A DNA stretch of 64,000 nucleotides from the human T2T-CHM13v2.0 reference genome, Homo sapiens (GCF_009914755.1 NC_060929.1); one strand, 5' to 3'. Positions 1 through 13,090 are shown, numbered from the stretch's first letter. The notes: a model not told the origin generated them from the sequence alone. Program-made: numbers and translations.

Positions 1-24
1 TCCATCTCAAAAAAAAAAAAAAAA
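1..24 (+). mobile_element. Alu 3' end and poly(A) tail, cut by window edge
   Basis: TCCATCTC followed by an A-run is the canonical Alu terminus. Confidence 0.75.
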
Positions 25-99
25 GAGTCTCCCTGTATTGTGCCCCCACCTCAACTTTGAGAATTACCATTATATTTGTTTAAGTCCTCCTAAAACTAG

Positions 100-290
100 T
101 AATTATTGAGCGATTGCTTTGTACCAGCAGTTCCTAACCCACATAATCACCATGTGAGCAGGCACTGTGGTCCTCACTTTATGGATGTGAACACAATGGC
201 CCACAGACCTTAAAACAGTTCCCCAAGAGCACACGCTAGTAAGAGGTAGCTCAGAGCCAGGTCTCTTGGCTTTGAAATCTGTGCCTTATA
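100..290 (-). mobile_element. MIR SINE
   Basis: Degenerate reverse MIR core (CACTTTATGGATGTGAACAC...CCCAAGAGCACACGCTAGTAAG). Confidence 0.6.
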
Positions 291-1502
291 CATTGCACAA
301 TAGTCCTCTCAATTTTATGCTGCAGACCTTAGCCACAACGGAGAGATTCAGTTCTGTGTGTGGTCCATTTATCATAATGACTGTCATCTCGGGTAGAATA
401 GACAAGGACAAAATGTATACTGCCTACCTTTTTGAAAAAGAAGTATATTTGGTTGTTCTGGGATAAGGGATGGGGAAGAGAGTGAAAGCATTCAAATTAA
501 ATTATAAGGATATGATAGGCCAATTTAAAGATAATCAAAGTCTTTGGGTTTTCATTATTTTATTTTGCTTGGATTATTCTTGAATTGGCTGGAACTCCAA
601 ATCATGCTTAGAATTAATTCCCCAAATCTTGCATTTAGGAAAATGGCCTCAGAATGCAATTAATAAAATGGCAAATTTTAATTCATCATTCTAAATTCTC
701 CATTACTTCAAACACATATTTCAGGCAGATTTGATATATAGGTATTTGAAATTACTAGGAGTCATAAAACAAGGCATTAAGTCTGGAATCTGGAATTTTC
801 CCTTTAGAATAAACCTGCATTCGATGATTATTCCTACATGAAACTGTGCTATTGCAGCCCTTGCTCCATTATTCAACTTTGTAAATAGGGTAGATGGAAT
901 CATAGGAAGCAGTGCTGACAGTTACTAAAGTGTAGTTGGAGGCCTTTACAAGTTTAATAAAACGCAGGGGAAAGGGGAAGAAAAAGAATGGGGTTTGCCC
1001 TGGAAAGGAGATTCCAGGGTCAGGAGACAATTGTGTAACTTTCTGAGTTCTGCCCTCCCTGGGCCAGGCCAGGTCACTTGGCCAATTCTTGCCAAAACTT
1101 TTCAACCCAGTGACTCAGGAACTGGACTTTTCCATTCTAGCCTGTGGGAATGTGGCTGTGATTTTATAACTGAAGTCCACAGAACAATGGGATTTGCCTT
1201 TTGAAAAATTGCTTTTCAGACACCAGTACTGCAAAACACCTACTTCTACTGGCTCACCAGTGGAGCTCTTAAAACTTTTTAAAAACACTCAGTTCTTGGG
1301 TGAACAACACACCCAGCCTCTCCCCAATAACTAGAAAAAAAGGTCAGCATCCTCCACATTTGAAGGTCAAAGTCCTGGTCAAAGATGCTGTTTTGATTCA
1401 CCCATGGATAATGGCCAATTTGATAGAAGATATAGAAACAAACAAACAAACAAACAAAGACCATGTAAATCAAGCTTGCCTTTAGATGTTTGGCCTAGAA
1501 TA

Positions 1503-1710
1503 GGGAGTATAGCTTAGTGCCTAAAAACTTGGACTGTGAAGAGAGACAGGTCTGGGTTCCAATCTCAACCACATAGGCAAGTTATTTAAACTCTATAAAC
1601 CTTAGTTTCCCATCTGTAAAATGAAGATGTCGATTGTACTAACATATATTTGTTATGAGGATTACATTTTTAAAAATTCACACAAAATACCTGACATAGG
1701 GGAAATAATA
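1503..1710 (+). mobile_element. MIR SINE
   Basis: GGCAAGTTATTTAAACTC...CTTAGTTTCCCATCTGTAAAATG MIR core. Confidence 0.8.
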
Positions 1711-3559
1711 AAATCATATTGTATAGACAGAAGCATGCTAAATAGAGGATTCTTGTGTCCACTGAATGCAGGTGCTACTGTGTGAGGCAGACTCAAATGG
1801 CCTCTCAAGTGGCTGGCTTGCTTGCCTCTTTCTCTGCCTTCTTACAGGAAAGCAATTCCTAATGCCTGACATGGCTTGAAAAAAGCTGACAGGGAACAGC
1901 CTCCAGATATAACTGAGCAGGAAGCTAGAAACAGCAATCCCTGCACATTCTGCTAAACTCAAGTTTGAGGGAAATCTGGTGGTGCATCCTGGCTTGGACT
2001 AGGGAAAAGCAACTGGCCAAGATCATGGTCGAGCCACCAATTATCACCTCCTCTGAGGAACGCACACCCTTTTTTAAGTAATCAACCAATTAAAATTTTA
2101 AACTCAGGAATCTTTCTCTTAAAACATACAGATTTTTATTACAATTTCAAAAACATCCAAGACAATTATTTATAGCCTAAATGCAATTATTTATAGCCTT
2201 GTAAAAATATGGGCCAGATGAATAGAAAAGACGGCTGGTTTTGTTCATTTGTTTTTACTCTCTCACTGCACCACTATGTGGTTTAGAGTTACTGCATTTT
2301 GTTGTTAGCAACTGGATAATTTCCAACCGGTTATAAGAATCGAACCTGTTTGGTTTATCACACACAGACACACACACAGAGTTGTGTATATAAATACAAT
2401 CTAAATGTCCCCTCAATGGGTAAACAGGAGTTGAAACAGTTGGAATATTCATTACTATGGGTAAGTTAGAATTGTATGAACGTGGGCAGAAAATTTTCCT
2501 TCCCTGGGTCTTGGGTTTTTGAAATATAAATAAATGCACCTAATTATGCTTACAGATTGTTTCATTCACCTAGCGGTGTTTTAAAAATGTGAATGTGAAT
2601 GACTTTTCTAAGCACTCACTTCCTAGTTCCCTAATATCACCCAGCTGCCTGCTTCTCACATTTGCTTCTCTTCTTGGTGCCTGGAAGCATTTGGGCTTGC
2701 AGACCCTGCATGAGATGATTTAGGCTTCCTCTAACTTCCAGACTCTGCTATCCTGATTCTTACTGAGTTGCTGAGTTGTCGAATCTCTTTGTTGGGAGAG
2801 TAAGTAAAACTCTCACTCTTTTACAGATAGGCTTGCGGATTTATTAGGAAGAAATGAAGCATGCTCAGACAAAAAGAAAAAAAAGTCAATTTCTTATTAT
2901 TCTTCAATTTTTTAATTTCTTTGCAGATATTTTGGAAGATCCCTGTTCTGTAACTCTACATTCTTATCTGCAAGGTATCACTTATTTCAGCCAGTTAATA
3001 ACCACCTCTCCTTGTCAAGATGTTATATCTGAGACACTCCCAAAAGTTTCTGCTGGTTTTTCTTCCTTTGTCTTTGGCTTTCCTTAGGGATATTGGGCAA
3101 ATATCCCTGACAACTTAAACCTTGATGTGACAAATAGAGATTTCACATTTATGATTAAACCATCATGATTCCACAAAGGGACAACCTGAGCCTTCATTTG
3201 GTTTGGGCTTGGAGCCAACAGAAGTTGAGTCAGACACTCCTAGTGAGTAAAGGCTCGCGGGCTCAACTTGGAATCGAGCAGGGCAGAGGGGCCTTTGGTT
3301 GTAGAGCTGTACTCAAAGAACATAACACTCCTCCTGCCAAACCAAACTTAATGGCTCTGCCCTCCAAAAGTCACAGCTTTTATCAACCAACTGGTATTCT
3401 ACTGTGAGATGCACAATCTATCCCACTTTGATCTCAGCAACAATATGCTTGAGGCAATGATCTCAATTTTGCAATCATAGCTGAATTGATGTAAAACTGG
3501 GGACAATCACTTTACAACTTTCTTTACTCAAATCTCATTTCTCCCTAATAGCAGAGCCA

Positions 3560-3732
3560 CTGCCCCCAAACTGACAATCGGCTAGAACAGTGTGCAGAAT
3601 CACCTGAGGATCTTGCTGAAATGATAATCCCGACTCAGTGAGCCGGGAGTGGGCCTATGATTCTGCCTTCTGACTGCTCCCAGCTGATGTGGGTGCTTAT
3701 GGTCCACAATTGCATTTGGAGTAGCAAGGACC
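3560..3732. mobile_element. MER5-family hAT-Charlie DNA transposon
   Basis: AGAATCACCTGAGGATCTTG...TTTGGAGTAGCAAGG resembles MER5A/B. Confidence 0.65.
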
Positions 3733-3749
3733 TAGACAGCTTTGTCCAT

Positions 3750-3950
3750 TTCAATTAGGTGTTTATTTGCTTCCAAGTGCTGACTTCTGTGCTAGGTGCT
3801 GGGAATACAAAGATGCATGAGACAATTGCTTTCCTCGGAGAGCTCACTATTTAATGAAGAGGTAGACACATAAATATCTAACTATGGTGTACATGATAAT
3901 TGCTATCATTACAATATGAATGCAGTCCTTTGGCACCAAAGAAAGAAGTG
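3750..3950 (-). mobile_element. L2 3' fragment
   Basis: TGTGCTAGGTGCTGGGAATACAAAGATG...GAGCTCAC, reverse L2 tail. Confidence 0.65.
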
Positions 3951-4639
3951 AGAGATAAAATTATAACTTACAATCAATGTACAAATACTCCTATCTCTAC
4001 CTACCTCTGCCCTTTTTTTATCCTGTGCATGTTCCAACATGAAAAACACTTGTAACGTGGAACCCAGATCAGACCTCCCTTAAAACTGATATTTCCAAGA
4101 AGTCAAGCTCTGGACAAACTGCATATAAGCAGATGCTTTCAAAAAGGTGAAATCATGATTCTCATATAAATATAAAACGAATGTGTGTCAAATACTTTAT
4201 CCAATTAACACTGGTCGAAGAGCATTTGAGAAGCTACGTATTTAGAGGCAACGTTAGGATAAGATTGCCAGGTCAAGCACAAAGCTGGTCAATATCCAAC
4301 AGAGCCATAAACTGTAAGATAACTTTTGGGTTATCTTTTCTAAGGGACAGAAATTATTTGCACCTCCAGCAGATAAAATCTGCCTGTTAAGAACTGGATC
4401 TCTAGAGCTGTAAGGTAGCTCAAACAATAGAACGTCAACCTAGCACTAAGTCCCTGGTAACCTCTTTCGCTTATTTTCAAGTTTCAGATAAATTTTCTGA
4501 TTTCACACCCAGCCTCCAGAAAATTATTGCAAGATGGGAGAAGATCCCCCTTTACTTCAACTAGCTCTAAAGGTACTTTAGAAACTGAACCTTCCTAATT
4601 TACCTGATTGGATCTCATTCCCAGATGAAATGATTGTTA

Positions 4640-4830
4640 GTAATAGCATCTGTCATTGATTGAGGTACTAGATTATGTGTTTTAGGTACATTATCTCTCT
4701 CAGTCTTCACGTCAGCCCTTGAAGTAAGTACAACTATCCCTCCCTGACAGTTGATGAAATAATCTCAGGGAGGTTAGATGAGTTGCCCAAAACCATGCAA
4801 CTACTGGCACAGCCAGGATTCAACACAGTA
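4640..4830 (-). mobile_element. MIR SINE
   Basis: GAGGTTAGATGAGTTGCCCAA...AGCCAGGATTCAA reverse core. Confidence 0.7.
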
Positions 4831-5499
4831 ATATTATTATGAATACAATAAGTAATTAGCAAATGAATGTGAGGCCTTAATGTTAGACAAGAATAGGTTG
4901 GGTTTGGGATCAACGTGATTTGTACGATTTTTTTTCCACAGTGCTTAACATTTGCAGGTCCTTTGGATGAGGGCATTGTTTTCAGAACCTATGTTAAAAA
5001 TAGAATAATATTTGATTGAAAAAGAGTGGGGAGGCCAGGAGAGAGCAGTTTGCTATGGGACAGACACTGTGGCATTCCAGGCTGCAGTTTTAGGGCCTGG
5101 AACCACAGGAGCGCAGTAAGGGCAGGGCTGGGCAGGGCTGGGCAAGGCAGGGTCGGCTCACACTCCCCACCTCCGGCTGCTCCTTGGCACCTGGCTGCAT
5201 GGCTGGTTCACTTCCTCTGCTACCACGAAAGCTATTTCTCAGGACCTGGGATGAATAATCTAATCAAGAATGATGCCACCTTCCCAAGAAGCACTTCCTG
5301 GCCACTCCCCAGTCACCTCCTCAGGACTACATCCTCCTGAGGGCCTGTCATAGAACTTTTCTGCTTAGGGTAGGTAAAGGGACGTCCTAAGAGATGAGCC
5401 ATTAGCTGGGGTGGGGCAGATTGCAGAGCAGGAAGGCAGTCTCTCTCAGAGCAGAACAGGGCTACAGGCAGGCAGGGAGCCACAGCACCTATCCCAGAG

Positions 5500-6300
5500 G
5501 TCATTTCTGATGTTAGAGTTCCCTTGGATATTTGTTAAAAAATGTGTCCTCCCAGACCCCAACCCAGACTTACTGAATGAGAAACTCAGGGATAAAGCTC
5601 AGAAATCCTTAATTTTTAACAGCCTCTCTTGGTGATTCAATCTGAAAACCTTTTGTCCCAGATCACTAGTTCTTACCCCTGATTTCACATTAAAAATTAA
5701 AACCACCTGAGAAACTTCTTTTTTTTGAGACAGGGTTTCACTCTGTCACCCAGGCTGGCGTGCAGTGACACAAACTTGGCTCACTGCAGCCTCGACTTCC
5801 CAGGCTCAACAATCCTCCCACATCAGCCTCTCAAGTAGCTGAGACTACAGGCACACGCCACCACTCCTGGCTAATTTTTGTATTTTTTTGTAGAGGTGGG
5901 GTTTTGCCATGTTGCCCTGGCTGGTCTCGAACTCCTGGGCTCAGGCAATCTGCCTGCCTCAGCCTCCCAAAGTGCTAGGATTACAGGAGTGAGCCACCAT
6001 GCTGCCCCCCACCCTGTCCCTGAGAAACTTCCAAAAGCAGCATGTCCTGGCCCAGAAATCTGTACTTTTTAAGTTCTCTGTCCCACCCATTCCAGGGAGA
6101 TTCTAAAGTAAAGCTAGTGTGGAAAACCATTTTTCTAGAATTCAGTGCTTCTCAAACAAGCGTGCATTCAAATCATCTGGGAATCTTGTTAAATGTAGAT
6201 ATTGATCCCGTACGTCTGGGGCAGGTCCTGCGACTCTGCATTTCTAATAATCTGTGGTGCAGCAGATGCTGCTGGTACTACTTTGAGTGGCAAGATTCTC
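5500..6300. mobile_element. Cluster of MER5-like fragments, one interrupted by an Alu
   Basis: TACTGAATGAGAAACTCAGGG, AATCATCTGGGAATCTTGTTAAATGTAGA and CTCTGCATTTCTAA motifs. Confidence 0.55.
5719..6007 (-). mobile_element. AluJ
   Basis: Full reverse Alu with J-type CTCACTGCAGCCTCGACTTCCCAGGCTCAA; TSD CCTGAGAAACTTC at 5706-5718 and 6019-6031. Confidence 0.93.
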
Positions 6301-6761
6301 CATGGTAGATCCTTAACCTTGGCTGATCACTAGGATCACCCGTGCCGATTGCATTGGTTTCTTAGGGCTGCTGAAACGAATACCAGAAACTTCTGGCTTC
6401 AAATAGCACACATTTATTCTCTTACAGTTTTGGAAATCAGAAGTCCAAAACCAGTTCCACTGGGCCAAAGTCAAGGTGTCAGCAAGGCTGCCTTCCTTCT
6501 AAAGGCTGTAGGAGAAATCCATTTCCTTGACCTTTCTAGTTTCTGGAGGGCACTTACGGTCCTTGGCTGCTCATGGACCCTTCCTCCATTTGCAAAGGGC
6601 ATCATCACTCCTATCTCTGCTTCCCTTGTCCCCTGGCCTCCGACTCCTCCCCAATAAGGAACCTTGTGGTTACGTCAGGCTCACCTAGATAATCCAGGGT
6701 GATCCCCTCATCTCAACACCCTTAACTTAATCACACCTGCAAAGTCCCTTTCACCATATAA

Positions 6762-6858
6762 CAGCATGTTTATAGCAGTACAATTCGCTATTGAGAAAAT
6801 ATGGAACCAGCCCAAATCTCTATCAATCAACGAGTGGATGAAGAAATTGTGGTGTGTG

Positions 6859-6892
<34 letters not shown>

Positions 6893-7418
6893 TATATATA
6901 TATATACACACACATATATATATACACACACATATACATATATATAATTATGTTTTTGTATTTTTGTATATATATTGTGTATATACATATACCACAATTT
7001 CTTCATCATATATTTATATAGATATATGACGGAATACATCATAATTCATATATATATGATGGAATACTACTCAGCCATAAAAAGAAACGAATTAATGACA
7101 TTTGCAGCAACCTGGATGGAACTGGAGACTATTATTCTAAGTGAAGTAACTCAGGAATGGAAAACCAAACATTGTATATTCTCACTCATAAGTGGGAGCT
7201 AAGCTATGAGGATGCAAAGGCATAAGAATGACACAATGGGCTTTAGTGACTCGGGAGGAAAGGTTGGGAAGGGGGCGAGGGATAAAAGGCTACAAATTGG
7301 GTGCAGTGTACACTGCTTGAGTGATGGGTGCACCAAAATCTCACAAATCACCACTAAAGAACTTACTCATGTAGCAAAACACCACCTGTTCCCCCCAAAC
7401 CTATGGAAATTAGAAAAC
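6762..7418 (+). mobile_element. L1PB/L1MA-type 3' end
   Basis: ATGGAACCAGCCCAAA, GGATGGAACTGGAGACTATTATTCTAAGTGAAG, ending CACCACCTGTTCCCCCCAAACCTATGGAAAT; ORF 6766 matches the L1 ORF2 C-terminus (MFIAVQFAIEKIWNQPK). Confidence 0.92.
6853..7058. repeat. Compound (TG)/(TA)/(CA) microsatellite inside L1
   Basis: Direct reading. Confidence 0.9.
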
Positions 7419-8599
7419 AAAATCACAGGCTCCAGGAATTAGAACATTTTTGTTGGGGGTGCATGCATTCTTCAGCCTACCACAGAGATTTTTTTTTTTT
7501 TTTAATTCTGAAACTGAGGTCCCTTGGTAAAGACCCTGTTGTGTTTGGTCTAGGGCAAGGCCAGGCCCAGGTATTGTCAGAGGCTCTGGGCTGAGGACAG
7601 CACTATGCATAGGGGGTTTGCGAAATGCCGCTCCCCCTAGGCCAGGGCACACTCGCGCAGGGCTTCCCTCCACCCCTTCCACTGATTCCACCCTGGACTT
7701 CCACTCAAAAACCCCAGCACACAAACTGAGGCCTCACAAGAGAGTCAAGGAGGCAAATGTTGGTCTTTCCCCCTGCTTGGGAGGCCATTGCAATTAGGGA
7801 CCTGGTTCCTGCTTTTTGTCCTGGGCATTCACAGAGCTAGGGCAGCAGGCAGAGGGTTGAATCAGCCCTTCTCCACAAGCAGGCCCTGGATATTAGTGCG
7901 TTTCCTTTTTATTTGGCATTTATAGTATTCCCAGCCACTTCTCAACCCTTATAATTATAACCCGGATCCCACTCAGCCTCCTTCAGCTCGGGTTTAAAAG
8001 CTAAGCGATCTCTTGAAGCAGCCAACTATTAAAACTTCATGGCCTTTTACGAAATATCAGTTGACAGAAGGTATTATGAAACATTGCCTAGTATAATTAC
8101 AATTACAGTGCAATTGTCGACACCCATGAGTCAAGCATACTGTGTGAAGTGACAGTCGGGATGGCATAGTTTCTTCCCTCGCTGGCTGCCCAGGCCTGGG
8201 GCTTTCCTAATCCGTCTCCATTGCCTGGTCCTTGCCATCAGCTCTGAGGGGCGAAAGCCAGCCACTCAGCCAGACAGGGGCCAACCGCACTGGTGGCTTC
8301 TGGCCTTATCTTTGTATGATGCAGCATGCTGGTTTTCTACTAGGCCTTTCCGGGGACTTAAGGCATGGCTTTGAGCAGGGGCTGGGTGTTCCATTTTCCT
8401 TTACGACTTCAGCTACAGCAATACAAACAAGCCCTGGCATGTGCCTATCGGCATGGCCACCTAGGTGTCCCAGATGAGTATGATTTTTGGTGGGATCCCC
8501 AAGAATATCTATCTCCCTGCCCTCTCTGACTGCCAAACTTCTCCAGGAAGGGCTGTACAGATGCTTTAAGTCTCTCAACACTGCAGACTAACTTCAGCC

Positions 8600-9220
8600 A
8601 CCATCTCTCTCCTGTGCTATCTTGAAGATCACCTCAAGGCTGAATCCAATGGCATTCTCCCAGTCCTCACTCTCCTTAATCTCTGTTTTCAGTTTCATGC
8701 TGTTGAAATTCGCTCTTAGTATAAAGTCCAAATTTTATTACTATGGGCTATGTCATCTGGCCCCCATCCTACCCTTCCAGTTCTATCACATGTCCCCTTC
8801 CTCTCTGGTCTCTGTGCACCTGTCACCCTGGCCATCTGCTGCCCTCCAATGTGCCAAGCTCTTTCCTGTCTCAGCAGCTTTGCCCTGCTTTTCCCTCTGC
8901 TGGAAAGCCCATCCACTCTTCTTCCTTGGCTAGGTGCTTTTTCACCTGCACATCTGAGCTGGAATAGCACCTGCTGAAAGAGGTCTTCCCTGGCCGCCTC
9001 TCTAAAAGGATGTGTCACCCATTCTTAATACCCTCTATCACAGCAGCCAGCTTACTTCCTTCATAACCATTATTGTCTTTTGTAATTATTTGTTAGTTTC
9101 TTACTTGGCTCATCTGTTTTTTTCCACTGGACAGCAAGCTTCTCAAAGAGAAGGACCAGATTTGTCTTGTTCATCAATGAATCTCCAGCGACAGGAGCTG
9201 AATACATAGACTGAATTGAC
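8600..9220 (+). mobile_element. L2 3' region
   Basis: AAAGTCCAAAT, GAGGTCTTCCCTGGCC, GTCTTGTTCATCAATG L2 tail motifs. Confidence 0.75.
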
Positions 9221-9299
9221 TGGCCCCCTGTATAAGTTCTCCCTTGGCTCTGCGCTGTTTTGCTCTTCTGCTCTTCTCCCGCTTCTTCTTTCCTTCATT

Positions 9300-10250
9300 G
9301 GCCTCCTCCACCATTTCTTAAGGTTTACCTTGACCCCACCTCTTCTTGTTTGGTTTGTTCATGAACTCCTGTGAACTCAGCAGCCTCCTCTTGAGGGCTG
9401 AGAGCTACGTCTCTACCCACCTACACCCTAGGGCCCAATATCCAGCCTTCAATGCCCATCTTCTATTTTATTGTGCTTGCCAGACATTTCCATCAGGAAG
9501 GTCATTTTCCCCTAAGCCAGCTTTTCCTCCGGATTTCCGTATTTCTCTTGATGGTATCTTTCTTTAGTCATTTAGGCTTGACATCTCGGCACCATTTTTT
9601 ACTCCAATCCTCTTCCTTTATTCAATCAGGTAAAAAGCTACATAGTAGCTACACATTATCCTCTGCCATGGTCTTCTTCAGAAGCATAGCCCCTCTTTCC
9701 TGGATTATGCAAATAGCCGCTTAACTGATTTCCTGACCTCAGCTTCTCCCCACCATGCTCCATCTTTCTGTCACTGTATTAGTTGACACTGTATTCTTCC
9801 AGTGCTCAAACACCTTTAGTGGCTCCCTACTGGCAACAAAGTAAAGTCCAAATTCCTTAGCCTGATAATCAGGCCCCAAGTTACCTTTCTGGTTGGCCTT
9901 CTATTATTGCCCCATCTGTAGTCTCCATGTTCTAATCCAATATTTGTCATTCCCCTCTGAGCCTTCCTACCTCTGATTCTTTGCTTCTGCCATTTTCTTC
10001 ATCTGCAATGCCCTCCTCCATCTTTGTCTGACAGTATATCAAGAACCACTCCCAAGGCTCCCTTTTTTATACATTTTCCTTTGATTCTGTCCAACAAGAA
10101 TGACTGAATGCCATGCCTATCTTTTATGTCACTTTTCTCTGAATTTCAGTTATATCTATACCTATGTCTTTTTTAGACCATATTCAAGTTCTATGAGGAT
10201 TTTTAAAAAAAAACTATGTCATAACAATTGTTACTTCTTCAATGCATGAA
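9300..10250 (+). mobile_element. Older L2 fragment
   Basis: GCTCAAACACCTTTAGTGGCTCCC...AAAGTCCAAATTCCTTAGCCTG. Confidence 0.65.
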
Positions 10251-10265
10251 TACCCCATGCCCACA

Positions 10266-10307
10266 TGTGTGTGTGTGTGTGCAGACACATACACACGCAC
10301 ACACACA
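10266..10307. repeat. (TG)n-(CA)n microsatellite
   Basis: Direct reading. Confidence 0.85.
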
Positions 10308-11147
10308 GAGGTAGTTAAAAGTCTTTAACAAGGGCTGTAAATAATTGTCCTCAAGGCACTCTACGGAGAACTCACTGACACCCATGAAAGGATGGAGCAA
10401 GTTTATGTTACACAGATGTCAGAATAATGTTGTGGCTTACTCTCTATGGAGCTTGGACCTCTAAATTAAACTAAAACAACCCTTGTGATCATCCTCCCAG
10501 CCGTGATTTAACTGCAGTCCCTCATGGAAGGAAACCAGTCTGGACCTAGAGGAAATCAAGCTGTTGTCTGAAAGGCTGGATGCAGGGGCTGAGTGAGCAC
10601 AGGCTCTGTCAGTACTGATCCCAGTGAGCTTGTCACAGGCATCTGTTTCTGCGGCACAACATAGAGTATTTGCCAAAGGAAGTTGGGGACTTCTTAACCA
10701 GTGACAAATGGCTCTTTCATCTCTGAGCTCATGTGGCACTTTTTACCATTCATCTTTAGGGAACCAAAGCAGTAAACATGTCAAGTAACCATTGTAGTGC
10801 CCAGTGGCTAGAACACACCCGACCCATAGTAGACACTCAATGTTTCATTAAAGAAAGAATAAATGCATGGGCTTCTCTATTCCCCTCTCACCACGGGGAA
10901 GCTCATACTTCCAAATATTAGGATGAAGTGCCTTCTTACCTGGCCTTCTGGGACAGCTCACAGAACACCGGCAACCACTATTGCTTACCTGGAAGCTTTG
11001 TCCAGGCACCTGGCATCATAAGTCTCAGGCTCCATGGAAAGAGCCCACCTGGATCTGGAGTTCTGCATGGGGGGTGGGGGGGAAAGAAAAAAATGCTTTA
11101 AAATCAGAGAAGGCCTTGTGTTGCATCTCAGTTCTGTGACCTTAGAC

Positions 11148-11357
11148 CTATGCCATCCAATATGGTAGCCACTAGCCACACGTGGCTATTTAAATCGAAA
11201 TCAAATAAAATTAGATACAATTAGAAACCAGTTCCTTAGTAGCACTAGCCACATTTTCAGTGCTCAATGGCCACATAAGGCTACTGGCTTCCACACTGGA
11301 CAGCACAGACATAGAACATTTCCAACATTGCTGAAAGCTCTACTGGGTAAGCACTGC
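11148..11357 (-). mobile_element. MER3 hAT DNA transposon inserted in a MIR
   Basis: CCAATATGGTAGCCACTAGCCACACGTGGCTA...AGAACATTTCC; near-8-bp TSD CCTTAGAC/CCATAGAC; MIR core resumes after 11360. Confidence 0.85.
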
Positions 11358-11819
11358 CATAGACAAATCACTTAGCATCTTTGAAGTCTCAGTTTACTCA
11401 TTTGTCAGTTGGATTGGATGGTAACCAAGGTTCTTTTTTCTGAAAATTTTGGAAATTCTGGAATCCACACCTATTCCCTTCGAAGTGCTAGAATATGACT
11501 GGTTGACGAATAATTAGAATATAAAATGGCCAGAGAATAATGACAACAGAAGTTTAGCTACAAGCTTGGTGCAACAGTTGGAGAAAGGGGAGAAATTTGC
11601 TTTGACCTGGTACTTTGCAGACTCTCACTATGCTAAAGTCACACCTTGTCTTTCACCCCCTGCACTTATAGCCCCGCTCCCAAGCCCTTCCCCAGCCTCA
11701 AAAAATATATTCAACTCCTTGAGCCTACTCTCTGCTAGTTGGCTAAACTGATCAACTAAGTACCACTACATTTTAGTGTTGATGCCCAAAGGGTTCAAAT
11801 GATAGCTTAGCATGCTGCA

Positions 11820-12000
11820 GGGCAAGAGCACAAGCCAGGATTTAGCAGAGCTCAGAGCTAGACCTTGACCTGTCACCATGCAGCTGGTAACTTTGGATAA
11901 GTCACCTGCTAGGGCACAATTTCTTCATATGTAACATTATATATAAGTCTAAGGACTTCAAGGTCATCCCCAAATCCAAGATTCTAGATTGTAGCATTAG
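11820..12000 (+). mobile_element. MIR3-like SINE
   Basis: AACTTTGGATAAGTCAC...TTTCTTCATATGTAA...AAGGTCATCCC. Confidence 0.55.
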
Positions 12001-12924
12001 GGTTTTCCATTGCACTGGCCAGTTTGCACTGGCCATGAAGGGATTAGCAAGATTGTCTCTAGAGTGATGAGGAAGGTCTCATAGAATAGGCGTATTCCCC
12101 TTCCCAAAGCCCTAGGCTAGGTAGTACAGTGCAAGCTGCCCTTGTTTCTAATCGAGCTCCCTCCTGCAGATGAGTCACTCAGCAGAAAAGGTGTGTCCAG
12201 GCGCCTGCCTGCCTCGGCTCATTAATGGAATTCCTTATATGGCACTTGTTTTTCTGACAGGCAATATGTTCTTGGAAATGAAGCTTAAGTCAGGTCTTCA
12301 GGTGACATTCAGAGAACATTTGCTTTGTTTTGTTTCACAAAATGTGGTCTCAAGGCTAACAGTCCTTTCACCAGGAAGTTTCCTCCTGGACATGTTCAGC
12401 TGCCACAGAAATAGTTCAGATTCAGGGCCAAAAGCAAGGGGCATAGTGTGCCCTACTCTCTCCCACAAATAATCCCATGTTCTCTGAAAAGAGGGCACCA
12501 CGAAGGCAGAAGCCCAGACAACTGGAGCCCTGCTGTAGCCAGTGTCTCTGCCAGGGTGGTGTGGAGATGCAGAGTCCTGCACGTGGTCTTCCCTTCCTTC
12601 TCTCTCTTCTTATGGCACATGGGCTGCTGCAGTGCAGAAAGGCTTGGTGTGTCCATGCTGGCTGGACAAGGACAATGAGGGTATGGCCATATTCCCAGAG
12701 GGGAGATTGGGTCAGCATGACCCTGTACAGTGAGGGTAGCTCACTCTGCTCACAGACTGAACACAGGACCTTCTGCCTGCGCCCCCACCCTCCATCTCTG
12801 GAGAATGCTGGCCTCTCTTAAGTCAAGACCGAGATGCCCCAGCCCCTGGCAATAGAAACTGTTCACCCTGCCTGCCTGAACCTGGAGTTTTCCAATACCA
12901 TGCATGAGGGCTAGTTATGTGTCA

Positions 12925-13090
12925 GGGGCCATTTCATGCCTCACTGCATTGTCTCTGAGCCTCATGGTCACCCTGCAAGGTAGGTATTATTATCTTTCCT
13001 ACTTTACCGATGAGAAGAATGGGGAGCATGACTTACCTATAGTCACCCAAACAGACAAGTGGCTGAGCTGGGACCAGAACTAGCTCTGGG
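12925..13090 (-). mobile_element. MIR SINE
   Basis: CCCTGCAAGGTAGGTATTATT...TTTACCGATGAGAA. Confidence 0.75.

Larger units (their letters stand above)
6350..7484 (-). mobile_element. MLT1 (MaLR) solo LTR split by an L1 insertion
   Basis: TGCATTGGTTTCTTAGGGCTGCTG...AAGTCCCTTTCACCATATA, resuming at ~7420 as TCACAGGCTCCAGGAATTAG...CAGCCTACCACA. Confidence 0.85.

Noticed and set aside
12170-12821. Dense cluster of overlapping ORFs
   Set aside because: Explained by local GC richness; no recognisable domain or exon structure
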